From an uncultured Christensenella sp. (GTDB taxonomy: Bacteria; Bacillota; Clostridia; Christensenellales; DTU072), in contig CAYQKV010000002.1 in assembly GCA_964418255.1 (NCBI GenBank), forward strand, positions 108,421-172,420: a DNA stretch of 64,000 nucleotides, in the 5' to 3' direction. Below, one piece after another: positions 9,563-18,120 of the stretch. The notes below the pieces were generated by a model that saw nothing but the letters and a program-made list of their open reading frames with translations, was not told the DNA's origin and made no database searches. Position numbers and translations under genes: made by a program. Position 1 is the first letter of the stretch, and each line of letters opens with the position of its first letter.

Positions 9563-10690
9563 ATGAAAAAAATTCTCGTTGCCGCAGACTCGTTCAAAGG
9601 CTCGCTGTCCTCTAAGGAAATCGCGGATATTTTCGCGGAACAGGCGAGAGAAGAAAATTTGGACGCGGTCGTTACGGGCGTGAGCATAGCCGACGGCGGG
9701 GAAGGAACGCTTGACGCGGTTTTGTCTTGCGGAAAGTACAGGGAAGTAAAAATCGTCTGCCGCAATCCGCTGTTTGACGATGTCACGGCAAGATACGCGC
9801 TCGGAAACGGCGAAGCCGTGGTGGAAATGGCGGAAGCGTCGGGGCTGACTCTCATAGATTACGCCGACGGAAACGCTTTGAAGACGACTACGTACGGAAC
9901 GGGAGAACTCATCGCCGACGCGGTAAAGAACGGCGCGAAACACGTCTACGTATGCGTGGGCGGAAGCGCAACCAACGACGGCGGAGCGGGCGCGCTGTCC
10001 GCGCTCGGGGTTAAATTTTTCGACGAAAAGGGCGACGTTTTCCTTCCCATAGGCGGGACGCTCGATAAAATAAGCGGCGCGGATACTGAGGGATTGAAAA
10101 AATACGACGGCGTGAAATTTACGTTGGTTGCCGACGTCGACAACCCTTTGCTCGGAAAGACGGGCGCGACTATGTTTTACGGCGGACAGAAAGGCGCGGT
10201 CGGGAAAGATTTCGAAGTCCTCGAAAACGGAATGAAAAATTACGCCGAAGTGACGGAAAAAGTTACGGGCGCGAGTATCGGAGAAATGAAGAGCGCGGGC
10301 GCGGCGGGCGGACTCGCGGGGGGATTGATTGCATACCTCGGCGCGGAAGTGCGGAGCGGGATAGGAACCGTGTTGGAAATCATCGGGTTTGACAAATACC
10401 TTGACGGAAAGGACGCTGTCGTTACGGGAGAGGGCAGGATAGACGAACAGTCTCTGCACGGGAAAGCGGTGTGCGGCGTGTGCGCGGCGGCGCGGAAGAA
10501 AAACGCGGCGATTTACGCGATAGCGGGGTGCACGAGTTTAAGCGCGGAGCGGTACGAAGAGATAGGAATACGGCATATAGAAACACTCGTAAGCTATGCG
10601 GAATCGGCGGAAGACTCGATAAACAACGCGAAAAAATACGCGGAAAAAGCGGCGAAAAAATTATTGAAAATCATTTGCGAGGAGGAGTAA
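9563..10690 (+). CDS. glxK: Glycerate kinase
   Basis: N-terminus MKKILVAADSFKGSLSS and TGEGRIDEQSLHGKA are typical of the GlxK/GarK family. GGAG RBS before ATG 9563. Confidence 0.85.
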   Translation: MKKILVAADSFKGSLSSKEIADIFAEQAREENLDAVVTGVSIADGGEGTLDAVLSCGKYREVKIVCRNPLFDDVTARYALGNGEAVVEMAEASGLTLIDYADGNALKTTTYGTGELIADAVKNGAKHVYVCVGGSATNDGGAGALSALGVKFFDEKGDVFLPIGGTLDKISGADTEGLKKYDGVKFTLVADVDNPLLGKTGATMFYGGQKGAVGKDFEVLENGMKNYAEVTEKVTGASIGEMKSAGAAGGLAGGLIAYLGAEVRSGIGTVLEIIGFDKYLDGKDAVVTGEGRIDEQSLHGKAVCGVCAAARKKNAAIYAIAGCTSLSAERYEEIGIRHIETLVSYAESAEDSINNAKKYAEKAAKKLLKIICEEE

Positions 10691-10691
10691 A

Positions 10692-11594
10692 ATGAAAAAA
10701 GAGGAATTGAAAGAATTAGTCGGAAGAATGGAAAAATTCGAATTGACCGACGAAGAAAGAGCGAAGAAAAACGGTAAATTTATCAAACTTCCGAGCGGAA
10801 ATATCCATTACGAAATCAAAGGAGAAGGGGAAACCGTCGTGCTTGTGCACGGCTACGCCACCCCTTATTATCTCTATGATAAACTGTTCGACAGGCTGGT
10901 GAGCGCAGGATACAAAGTACTTCGGTACGACCTTCCGGGAAGAGGATACTCGGAAAGAGTGGATACGGTTTATTCGCCCGAATTTTTTGCAAAAAACCTC
11001 GACGAACTCACGAGCGCGCTATTAGGCGATGAAAAGTTTTATCTTGCGGGAACGAGTATGGGCGGTACGATTTGCGCCGCGTTCTGCGCGATGAGACCGG
11101 AAAAAGTCAAAAAACTCATTCTGCTCGCCCCTGCGGGAATGGATACGTTCAAAGCGCCCGCTTATATGAAACTTTGTAAAATAAAAGGTTTCGGCGAGTT
11201 CCTTTTCTACAACGTCGCAGGGAAAATTCTGTTGAAAAAATGCGCCTCGGAAATGTACTTCTCTCCCGAAGAAGACAAGGACGAATATATGCGCCTCTTT
11301 GCGGACGCGGCGCAATATAAAGATTTCTTAAAATGCACGCTTTCGTCGCTCAGAAACACGATTTTGAGAACCGATATAGCGATAAAAGGATACAAAGAAG
11401 TGGCTAAAAACGGAATTCCCGTACTTTGCATATGGGGAACGGCGGATAAGACGATGCCTTACTATCAGCACGAAAGACTGCTTGAAGTATGCCCGCAGAC
11501 GAAACTGATAACTTATGAAAATTCGGGACATATTTTCCTGTACGACGAGGGAGAAAGAACGGCGGACGACGTCCTCGAATTCATAAAGGGTTAG
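10692..11594 (+). CDS. Alpha/beta-fold hydrolase
   Basis: HG oxyanion motif (LVHGY) and nucleophile elbow GTSMGG. 300 aa. Confidence 0.8.
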   Translation: MKKEELKELVGRMEKFELTDEERAKKNGKFIKLPSGNIHYEIKGEGETVVLVHGYATPYYLYDKLFDRLVSAGYKVLRYDLPGRGYSERVDTVYSPEFFAKNLDELTSALLGDEKFYLAGTSMGGTICAAFCAMRPEKVKKLILLAPAGMDTFKAPAYMKLCKIKGFGEFLFYNVAGKILLKKCASEMYFSPEEDKDEYMRLFADAAQYKDFLKCTLSSLRNTILRTDIAIKGYKEVAKNGIPVLCIWGTADKTMPYYQHERLLEVCPQTKLITYENSGHIFLYDEGERTADDVLEFIKG

Positions 11595-11620
11595 AAAGAA
11601 AGTTTTTAAGAAGAAATGTT

Positions 11621-11648
11621 AAAGGCGCGGCGAACTTGCCGCGCCTTT
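11621..11648. terminator. Bidirectional terminator between convergent genes
   Basis: AAAGGCGCGGC-GAACTT-GCCGCGCCTTT. Confidence 0.7.
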
Positions 11649-11665
11649 ATGAGTTTTGCGACAGA

Positions 11666-12016
11666 TTAAACGATAGCGTCGGTCATAGTGTAGTTTTCAA
11701 GAGAACCCGCTTTTGTCTGAATACAGATATATTTCAAAGATTGCGTGGACGAAGCGAAAAACTGTCTCTTTGCCGCGGGAGAAACGCGAAGCCAGTCGCC
11801 GGCTTTCAAGGCGATTTCTTCTCCGTCTATCACGGCGACGCCTTCTCCGTCGAGAATTCCGTAGACCTCTTCGTTTTGTTTGTGAGAATGGATAAAAGGA
11901 ACGCTTGCGCCCGCGGGCAGTACGTTAATACTGATTTCCGAACCCGAGAGGTTGAGTTTGTCGTGAAGTTCCGCGCGCGGTTCTTCCGCCACGCCGTATT
12001 TGGTGTAATTTGTCAT
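11666..12016 (-). CDS. Cupin-domain protein
   Basis: 116 aa with the two cupin motifs (FIHSHKQNEEVYGILDGEG ... GDWLRVSP). Confidence 0.75.
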   Translation of the reverse strand: MTNYTKYGVAEEPRAELHDKLNLSGSEISINVLPAGASVPFIHSHKQNEEVYGILDGEGVAVIDGEEIALKAGDWLRVSPAAKRQFFASSTQSLKYICIQTKAGSLENYTMTDAIV

Positions 12017-12179
12017 AGTAATACCTCCGAAACGATTTTATTTTGCAACTTTTACTTGTTACGTTTTCAGTATAGCAAAAGAACACCGATAAGACGTGAA
12101 GGTTACTTTTTTATTATCGGATAATAAATTGGTTACAAGGTTACTTTTGGGAAACCTTTGGGAATTTCCGATACTTTTT

Positions 12180-12977
12180 TCAGTAAGGTTTTCGGGAAAT
12201 TTCGAACGCGTCCGTAAGTTTGTCGGGGAAACAATCTTCGTTTAACGAATGTTTTCGACGGTATTTTATGCCGTAGGCGTTCAGTCCGTAAAAAGCCGCG
12301 ATAAACGCGCAGAGAGCGACGCAGACTCCTACGTAGTACAGCGCAAGTTGCCAGCCGAGGAGGGACGCGCCTTGCGGGAACAGGAATTGCAAAATCTGCC
12401 CGTCCGTTATCTTTATTATTATGGGTTTTCCTTCGGTCTGACTGTAATTTGTGCAACCGTAAATCAACCAGGAATAACCGACCATAAGAGCAATACCTAT
12501 AAAATGCTGATATACGGTTTTCTTGAATTCATAGCGACGAACGTTGGCGAGCATAAGCATACCGCCTGCGAAAAGCATATGGTGGTTGATGATAGCCATA
12601 GCAAACAGGAACTTGCTTTCTTCGCCGTTTACAAAACTATCGGGAGAAATCCAGAAGGAAACCGAATAGAAAAAGCCTGCGAGTATCGCCGTAAACGCCG
12701 CGAAACAGTCGCACTTTTTTATGCGGAAAGTCGTGAATATTCCGAATATGAAATAACTGAGCGCGGAAAATTCCACGGGAAAATGCATATGGCGACCTAT
12801 CGCTTGCCAGTAGAGATATTCGCATATTTTGTAGACTAATAGAAACGCGCCGATGGCATAAGCCGTCGCGTAACTCGCTTTCGGAGATTTGCGTAAAAAA
12901 ATTATTCCGACGTTTATTGCGATAAACAGTAAAAAGATTAGTAAACCGCAATACCAGTATTGATTATTTCCAAACAT
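12180..12977 (-). CDS. Multi-pass integral membrane protein (unknown function)
   Basis: 265 aa with about 7 hydrophobic segments. The sense strand is supported by hydrophobic periodicity; the antisense ORF is Arg-rich junk. Confidence 0.6.
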   Translation of the reverse strand: MFGNNQYWYCGLLIFLLFIAINVGIIFLRKSPKASYATAYAIGAFLLVYKICEYLYWQAIGRHMHFPVEFSALSYFIFGIFTTFRIKKCDCFAAFTAILAGFFYSVSFWISPDSFVNGEESKFLFAMAIINHHMLFAGGMLMLANVRRYEFKKTVYQHFIGIALMVGYSWLIYGCTNYSQTEGKPIIIKITDGQILQFLFPQGASLLGWQLALYYVGVCVALCAFIAAFYGLNAYGIKYRRKHSLNEDCFPDKLTDAFEISRKPY

Positions 12978-13253
12978 TATTCATTGTCGCCTAACTATTG
13001 TAGATAATGATTATATAATAATTTTGTCGAGAAAGCAAGACAAATTAAAATTGATTGTTCGTCGCGCACCGTTCCAACGGAGATATAGCGGAGTAATTCT
13101 TCGTGTTTTTATCTTTCATATTTAGAAAGCCGCCTGTTAATGAAATGTCGCAAAAGCGACATAAAATATCTTTCGATGTGAAATACGGCAAAAGCCGTGT
13201 GAAATAAAATTCGCCTTTTGCTTGATACTTTTTTGGTATAAAGGGACGTAAAA

Positions 13254-13392
13254 AATGAAGTCGCTGTCGCTAATGAAGACGTTACGCTAATGAAAAATGA
13301 AGCGAAGCGCCACCATAATTAGCGCAATTTTTGCGCGACTTCATTAGGCGAAGCCGTCTTCATTCTTCATTCAACAAAAGTGGCGCTTCATT
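13254..13392. repeat. Heptamer array: AATGAAG x4 followed by CTTCATT x4
   Basis: AATGAA(G/A) at 13254, 13272, 13289 and 13296. CTTCATT at 13339, 13358, 13365 and 13386. Confidence 0.85.
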
Positions 13393-13393
13393 T

Positions 13394-13427
13394 CAAACCC
13401 CCCTTTGAAAAAACAAAGGGGGGTTTG
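13394..13427 (-). terminator. GC-rich terminator downstream of the tRNA-like segment
   Basis: CAAACCCCCCTTTG-AAAAAA-CAAAGGGGGGTTTG, a 14-bp stem. Confidence 0.7.
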
Positions 13428-13428
13428 A

Positions 13429-13572
13429 TGGTGCCGATGGTGGGGGTCGCTCCGACATCCGAACTTTGTTCGGACTTCGCGGTTAACACCGCTACGCAGA
13501 CCACGCTGTGTCTATCACGCCGGGGCGGACGACAACTCATCGGATTGTCGTTTAATCCGCCCGTTCGACCCC
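13429..13572 (-). ncRNA. Candidate tRNA-like structured RNA, or a minimal integration scar carrying a copy of the tRNA-Leu 3' end
   Basis: The 144-nt segment lies between two terminators. Nested helices: GGGCGGA/TCCGCCC, CGACAA/TTGTCG, GCGGT/ACCGC, TCCGAAC/GTTCGGA. The 3' terminal 21 nt are identical to the tRNA-Leu 3' end including CCA. Confidence 0.35.
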
Positions 13573-13594
13573 ATAAAATATATCAAGAAATAAA

Positions 13595-13622
13595 ATAATC
13601 CGAGATTTTATCTCGGATTATT
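13595..13622 (-). terminator. Terminator immediately after tRNA-Leu
   Basis: ATAATCCGAGA-TTTTA-TCTCGGATTAT flanked by A/T runs. Confidence 0.65.
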
Positions 13623-13627
13623 TTATT

Positions 13628-13714
13628 TGGTGCCGATGGTGGGGGTCGAACCCACACGATGTTGCCATCACGGGATTTTGAGTCCCGCGCGTCTGCCAGT
13701 TCCACCACATCGGC
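13628..13714 (-). tRNA. tRNA-Leu (anticodon CAA), CCA encoded
   Basis: Manual fold: acceptor GCCGATG/CATCGGC, anticodon arm CGGGA-CTCAAAA-TCCCG, long variable arm GATGGCAACATC, T arm GTGGG-TTCGACC-CCCAC, then A-CCA. Confidence 0.9.
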
Positions 13715-13809
13715 TTGAAATGTATTATTATATTATCACATATTTTTTCGCGTGGCAAGCGTTACGGCGTTTTTTTCACTGATTTTTAGTTCGCCTGACT
13801 TTGCCTTTT

Positions 13810-14337
13810 TCAGTCTATGAGCATTTCGACGTACGTTTTGTATACTTCGGGCGCGGTTTCCTGCCATTTCGTGGCTACGCTGTTTGCTTTCGCTTTGGTC
13901 GGAACGGTGAATTTCAGCTCGAACATAGTGGTTTCTCCGTTCAGCACCATACAGTTTACGGAATAAGTTCCGTCGGGGTTTTGCTCGTTCGTGCAGACAA
14001 ACTCCTGTTTTTTGCGGTATTCCAGCTTATTGTTGCGTATGTATTCCGCCACGTCGTCGCGCACGGATTTGAAAATACTGCTGTAAAAATAACTCAGACA
14101 GACTTTTCCGTCTTCGCTTATCGTCAGCAAACTGTCGTTTTTGTTGTGCGGGTCGGGTTTGGAGAAAACGAAACGCGCGCCGACGAGTTCGTCTATAAAA
14201 TGGGCGAAGCAAAAGTACGGAACCCAGTTGTTTTCCACGCAGCACATTTGCGTGAGCAACTCCTGATTTATCGGGGTTTCGTATTTGTCAAGTATAAACA
14301 ATATCAATAATTTATTCTTTATATCTTCGTCAATCAT
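13810..14337 (-). CDS. Small cytoplasmic hypothetical protein (resembles the DUF4364 family from memory)
   Basis: 175-aa ORF with coherent composition. The family assignment is an unverified recollection. Confidence 0.55.
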   Translation of the reverse strand: MIDEDIKNKLLILFILDKYETPINQELLTQMCCVENNWVPYFCFAHFIDELVGARFVFSKPDPHNKNDSLLTISEDGKVCLSYFYSSIFKSVRDDVAEYIRNNKLEYRKKQEFVCTNEQNPDGTYSVNCMVLNGETTMFELKFTVPTKAKANSVATKWQETAPEVYKTYVEMLID

Positions 14338-14542
14338 TTCTAAAAAAGTATACAGATTTTACTTCGTTTTGTCAAATCAACCGCGATAATAAAACCGATA
14401 AAAAACGGCGGTCGCAATATCTTGTACCGCGAAAAGTGTCAGGTCACAATTTTATCCGTTTTATCTGTCGCGAAGAATTATTTTTACGATTGCGCTTTAC
14501 CTGTGCGTATTATCGTTCGGCAAGGCGCGCTTTAACATATTT

Positions 14543-15043
14543 CTATTTATTCGTGCTTCCGAACCCGCCGTTGCGTTCGCCCGTGGCTTCGTCGTCCGTC
14601 GTTATTCCGAACTGCAGGAAAATTCCCTGGCAAAAGCCGCCGCCTTTTTTTACGGTTAACGCCTTGTTTTCGCGGGAATCATTGGTTATTTTGCAAAAAA
14701 TATGCCCTTGATTATCGCTTTCATAGTAGTCCGCGTCGATTATTCCCACGGTGTTGTCGAGTTGCATTCTGAACTTAAAACCGAGTCCGCTTCTCGGAAA
14801 GAGCGCGAGCACCCAGCCGTCCGCGATTTTAACCCGTATTCCCGTCGGAATTTTCACGCTTTCTCCTGCGGACAGCGAAAATTCGTACGGGGCGTAAAAG
14901 TCATATCCCGCGCTTCCTTTCGTCGCGCGTTTCGGAAGAATGATTTCGTCGTAAATTTCCTTTATTTTGTCGTCGGAAACGCCGTTAAAAGCCTTTTTGT
15001 ATTCGTCGAAACTTACTTTTTCGAACCTTGCGATTTTTTCCAT
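14543..15043 (-). CDS. dut: dUTP diphosphatase (dUTPase)
   Basis: GSAGYDFYAP, PRSGLG, GIIDADYY and GGFGST motifs. Confidence 0.85.
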   Translation of the reverse strand: MEKIARFEKVSFDEYKKAFNGVSDDKIKEIYDEIILPKRATKGSAGYDFYAPYEFSLSAGESVKIPTGIRVKIADGWVLALFPRSGLGFKFRMQLDNTVGIIDADYYESDNQGHIFCKITNDSRENKALTVKKGGGFCQGIFLQFGITTDDEATGERNGGFGSTNK

Positions 15044-15049
15044 ATTGCC

Positions 15050-16399
15050 TCAGTTTTTATGCGCCCATACGGGAGCGGGAATTCTTCCTCCGCGGGCGAT
15101 AAAAGCGGCGGGGGAGAACTTGCTTATCGGCATTATCGGCGCGCTTCCGAGGAGTCCGCCGAAATCGACCGAGCCTTCTTCTTTTCCGCATACGGGGATA
15201 ACTCTTACCGCCGTCGTTTTGCCGTTTACCATACCGATTGCCGCTTCGTCGGCAATAAGCGCGGAGATTACCTCTTTGCTCGTGCTGCCCGGGACGGCTA
15301 TCATATCCAGTCCGACGGAGCATACCGCCGTCATCGCTTCGAGTTTTTCTATTTTCAACGCGCCGCGTTTTACGGCGTTAATCATTCCTATATCTTCGCT
15401 TACGGGGATAAACGCGCCGCTGAGCCCTCCGACGTGGCTCGTCGCCATAAATCCGCCTTTTTTAACCGCGTCGTTCAGAAGGGCAAGGCACGCCGTCGTG
15501 CCGCAAGCTCCTACGCTTTCAAGACCTATTTCTTCGAGAATGTGCGCGACGGAGTCGCCCATAACGGGAGTGGGGGCAAGGCTTAAATCCACTATGCCGA
15601 AGTTGGCGTTAAGGCGTTTCGACGCTTCGAGCGCGACGAACTGACCTACGCGCGTGATTTTATACGCGATTTTTTTAACCGTTTCCGCTACCGTCGTGAG
15701 GTCGGCGCCTTTGACTTGTTCGAGGGCGGCTTTGACTACGCCCGGACCGCTTACGCCTACGTTAATTACCGCGTCCGCTTCTCCTACGCCGTGAAACGCG
15801 CCCGCCATAAACGGATTGTCTTCCACCGCGTTGGCGAAAACGACGAGCTTCGCGCAACCGATACTTCCGTCGTCGCGCGTCTTTTCCGCGGTTTTTTTGA
15901 TTATGTCGCCCATTAAAGCGACCGCGTCCATATTTATACCCGTGCGCGTGGAAGCCACGTTTACCGACGAACAGAGTTTTTTCGTGGAAGCGAGGGTGTC
16001 GGGAATGGTTTCGATAAATTTTTTCTCGTAGTCGGTCATACCTTTATGGACGAGGGCGGTGTAGCCGCCGATAAAGTCCACGCCGCAGACTTCCGAGCAT
16101 TTGTCGAGAACCGCCGCGACTTTTTCCGAACCGCCCGTTCTTGCCGTTATGAGGCTGACGGGAGTAACGGAAATGCGCTTGTTTACTATCGGAATGCCCG
16201 TTTCTTTCGCTATGTCGTCCGCGGTTTTTACGAGTGAACCCGCGTAAGAGGTTATTTTATCGTATACGTTGGCGCAGGTCTCTTCCACAGTGCCGCCTAC
16301 GCAGTCGAAAAGGGAAATGCCCATAGTGACGGTACGCACGTCAAGGTGTTGCGCGTTTACCATACGGTTTGTTTCGAGAACTTCGTTAATGGAAATCAT
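15050..16399 (-). CDS. UPF0210 / DUF711 (PFL-like) family protein
   Basis: 449 aa. The N-terminus ...[12 protein letters not shown]... is typical of UPF0210. It is paired with the upstream ACT-domain UPF0237 gene, as in many Firmicutes. Confidence 0.8.
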   Translation of the reverse strand: MISINEVLETNRMVNAQHLDVRTVTMGISLFDCVGGTVEETCANVYDKITSYAGSLVKTADDIAKETGIPIVNKRISVTPVSLITARTGGSEKVAAVLDKCSEVCGVDFIGGYTALVHKGMTDYEKKFIETIPDTLASTKKLCSSVNVASTRTGINMDAVALMGDIIKKTAEKTRDDGSIGCAKLVVFANAVEDNPFMAGAFHGVGEADAVINVGVSGPGVVKAALEQVKGADLTTVAETVKKIAYKITRVGQFVALEASKRLNANFGIVDLSLAPTPVMGDSVAHILEEIGLESVGACGTTACLALLNDAVKKGGFMATSHVGGLSGAFIPVSEDIGMINAVKRGALKIEKLEAMTAVCSVGLDMIAVPGSTSKEVISALIADEAAIGMVNGKTTAVRVIPVCGKEEGSVDFGGLLGSAPIMPISKFSPAAFIARGGRIPAPVWAHKN

Positions 16400-16410
16400 A
16401 ATTTACCGCC

Positions 16411-16680
16411 TTAAATTCTGTGCATCGCCTGGAAAATCGCTTCGCTTTGAATACGTATGTCTACGCCGATGGAAGAGCCTACCTCTTTGAGTTTGCTGTC
16501 TATGCCGTCGAAGGCAAGGTTCGCTTCGCCGAGGTCGACGAGCATAATCATAGTGAAATAGTCCTGCATAATCGTCTGGGATATGTCCTCGACGTTTACG
16601 TTCATTTCCCATAAAGCGGTCGTCACCTTTGCGATTATACCGCGCTTGTCCGTGCCGATAACTGATACAATTGCTTTCAT
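16411..16680 (-). CDS. ACT-domain protein (UPF0237 family)
   Basis: MKAIVSVIGTDKRGIIAKVT... ACT fold, 89 aa. Start taken at ATG 16680, not the upstream 16740. Confidence 0.8.
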   Translation of the reverse strand: MKAIVSVIGTDKRGIIAKVTTALWEMNVNVEDISQTIMQDYFTMIMLVDLGEANLAFDGIDSKLKEVGSSIGVDIRIQSEAIFQAMHRI

Positions 16681-16793
16681 TTTTTCTCCGTTACACCGTT
16701 TTTTTTCTGCTATTATACCAAATTTCCCACAATAAGACAACCGTTTACAAAATAAAACAAAATATTACACGCACCCGAGTCCATAATCAGTTT

Positions 16794-17318
16794 ATGAAAC
16801 CGAGAAAGAAACTAAAAAAAGATAACGGGACGAAAACAGACGAAGCGATGCTGATAAAACAGCAGGCTGAAAGAATAGAAGAATTAAGAGAGGAAAACCG
16901 CGCGCTCGAACTGTCTCTGGAAAGTTACAGAAACAGGGAAAAGGAAATCGTCGCTACGCTCGAATTCGCTAAAAAGAAAGGCGAAGAGTACGTCGCTATG
17001 GTAAGGGTAAAATACGCCCTCGAATGCGACCGTCTCGCAAGGTTCAGAACGAAACTCAAAGCATATAGGACGAAAGAAGAATTGATAAAGGGTTATGACG
17101 ACGCTTACGGACAGCTCAAAGAATGGCAGAACGAACTCGAACAGGCTATCGCGAAAGACTTCGGCAACCCGATGAAAGACTACCTCGGCGAAAGAAAAAG
17201 ATTAAACGACGAACCCGCCCTTAATTACGGCGCGATTATCGGAGAGGGAACGACCGACCTCGAAAACGCAACGCAGATAAGCGAAGAGGAACTTAAAGAA
17301 TTACTTGAACAGATATAA
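16794..17318 (+). CDS. Coiled-coil protein, DivIVA-like
   Basis: Heptad-rich sequence (EELREENRALELSLESYRNREKEIVATLEFAKKKGEE). Start taken at MKPRKK (16794). The upstream part of ORF 16671 overlaps the ACT gene promoter region. Confidence 0.55.
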   Translation: MKPRKKLKKDNGTKTDEAMLIKQQAERIEELREENRALELSLESYRNREKEIVATLEFAKKKGEEYVAMVRVKYALECDRLARFRTKLKAYRTKEELIKGYDDAYGQLKEWQNELEQAIAKDFGNPMKDYLGERKRLNDEPALNYGAIIGEGTTDLENATQISEEELKELLEQI

Positions 17319-17329
17319 ACGCAAGGCTT

Positions 17330-17524
17330 CCGACCAGTCGTTGCGCGGAGATTTTCCGTCAGTCGCTAACGCTTTGTGCCGATAAAATTTTGTATCCGCG
17401 CAAGTCGGACTTCCGCGGAAGCAAAATGACACATTTTGCTTAATAGTTTAGTTCGCAAGGGGTTTACGCCCCTTGCTCGAACCCCATAAGGGCAAAAAGC
17501 GAAAAGTGCGATTTTCACTTTTTG
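17330..17524 (-). repeat. Structured repeat family, subfamily 2, copy 2 (reverse orientation)
   Basis: Reverse complement aligns end to end with 48281-48473. It starts 12 bp after the stop codon of the coiled-coil gene and precedes a terminator-like hairpin. Confidence 0.9.
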
Positions 17525-17562
17525 GGTATTTTGACGTAAAACTTATCGGGTCACCCCGCCCG

Positions 17563-17589
17563 CCCACCCGATAGAGTGGGTGTTTTTTA
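17563..17589 (+). terminator. Terminator-like hairpin after repeat copy 2
   Basis: CCCAC-CCGATAGA-GTGGG followed by TGTTTTTT. An alternative 7-bp stem is ATCGGGT/ACCCGAT around a CCCGCCCGCCC loop. Confidence 0.5.
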
Positions 17590-17672
17590 TCTGTTATCCT
17601 TATCCGCTTTATTTCACTTTATTTACAGAGATACTTAATTAGGGAGAAAACTATAATAAACAATACGAAAGA

Positions 17673-17735
17673 TTTTTGTAAGGGAAGAGCGCGAGAGGGG
17701 AGAAACTTTTTGCTAAAAAAGGTTTCCTCTCTCGC
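17673..17735 (+). mobile_element. Ends-only miniature of the TIR-bounded repeat (left end fused to right end)
   Basis: TTTTTGTAAGGGAAGAGC + GCGAGAGGGGAGAAAC-TTTTTGCTAAAAAA-GGTTTCCTCTCTCGC. The left 36 bp are identical to the left end of the full copy at 17848. Confidence 0.6.
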
Positions 17736-17762
17736 AATTTTAACATACCAACTTACGAAAAG

Positions 17763-17825
17763 TTTTTGTAAAGAGGGAGCACGAGGGAGAAGAAACTTTT
17801 TGTCAAAAAAGGTTTTCGCCCTCGT
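17763..17825 (+). mobile_element. Second ends-only miniature of the TIR-bounded repeat
   Basis: TTTTTGTAAAGAGGGAGC + ACGAGGGAGAAGAAAC-TTTTTGTCAAAAAA-GGTTTTCGCCCTCGT. The left end matches the variant found at 57115-57150 (complement). Confidence 0.6.
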
Positions 17826-17847
17826 AAACTCTCTAATAAAATTTTTG

Positions 17848-18114
17848 TTTTTGTAAGGGAAGAGCGCGAGAGGGGAGAAACTTATATATTCGACACGAAC
17901 GTGCGCGTACCGAGAGTGTCGCCTTTATGGGGGTAAGCAAGGGGAGTGAACCCCTTGCGAGCTTACATAACAAGCAAAATGTGTCATTTTGCTTCCTTGG
18001 TAGTCCGACTTATGCGGATTAAGAAATCGTCCGCGTGTCGAATTCATCTCGACCGCGAGCGATTTTCCGCATAACGTTTGGTCGGGTGTAGTCTAAAAAG
18101 TTTTCCTCTCTCGC
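17848..18114 (+). mobile_element. Structured repeat family, subfamily 1: single unit bounded by terminal inverted repeats (MITE-like), copy 3
   Basis: Left TIR GCGAGAGGGGAGAAACTT (17866-17883) and right TIR AAGTTTTCCTCTCTCGC (18098-18114). The interior is homologous to the 203-bp units at 56506-57114 (complement). Confidence 0.7.
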
Positions 18115-18120
18115 ACGCTA

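Noticed and set aside
13380-13720. Prophage or ICE integrated at tRNA-Leu
   Set aside because: The duplicated 21-nt tRNA 3' end is att-like, but only 178 bp lie between the copies and no integrase or phage gene is present in the window. Kept only as one of two hypotheses in the findings.
17551-17575. GC-rich motif CCCGCCCGCCC(A)CCC followed by TTATCCGCTT, shared with 48181-48230, as a third repeat family
   Set aside because: There are only two short, partly matching occurrences, and their orientation relative to the neighbouring repeats is inconsistent. That is too little to call from this window.
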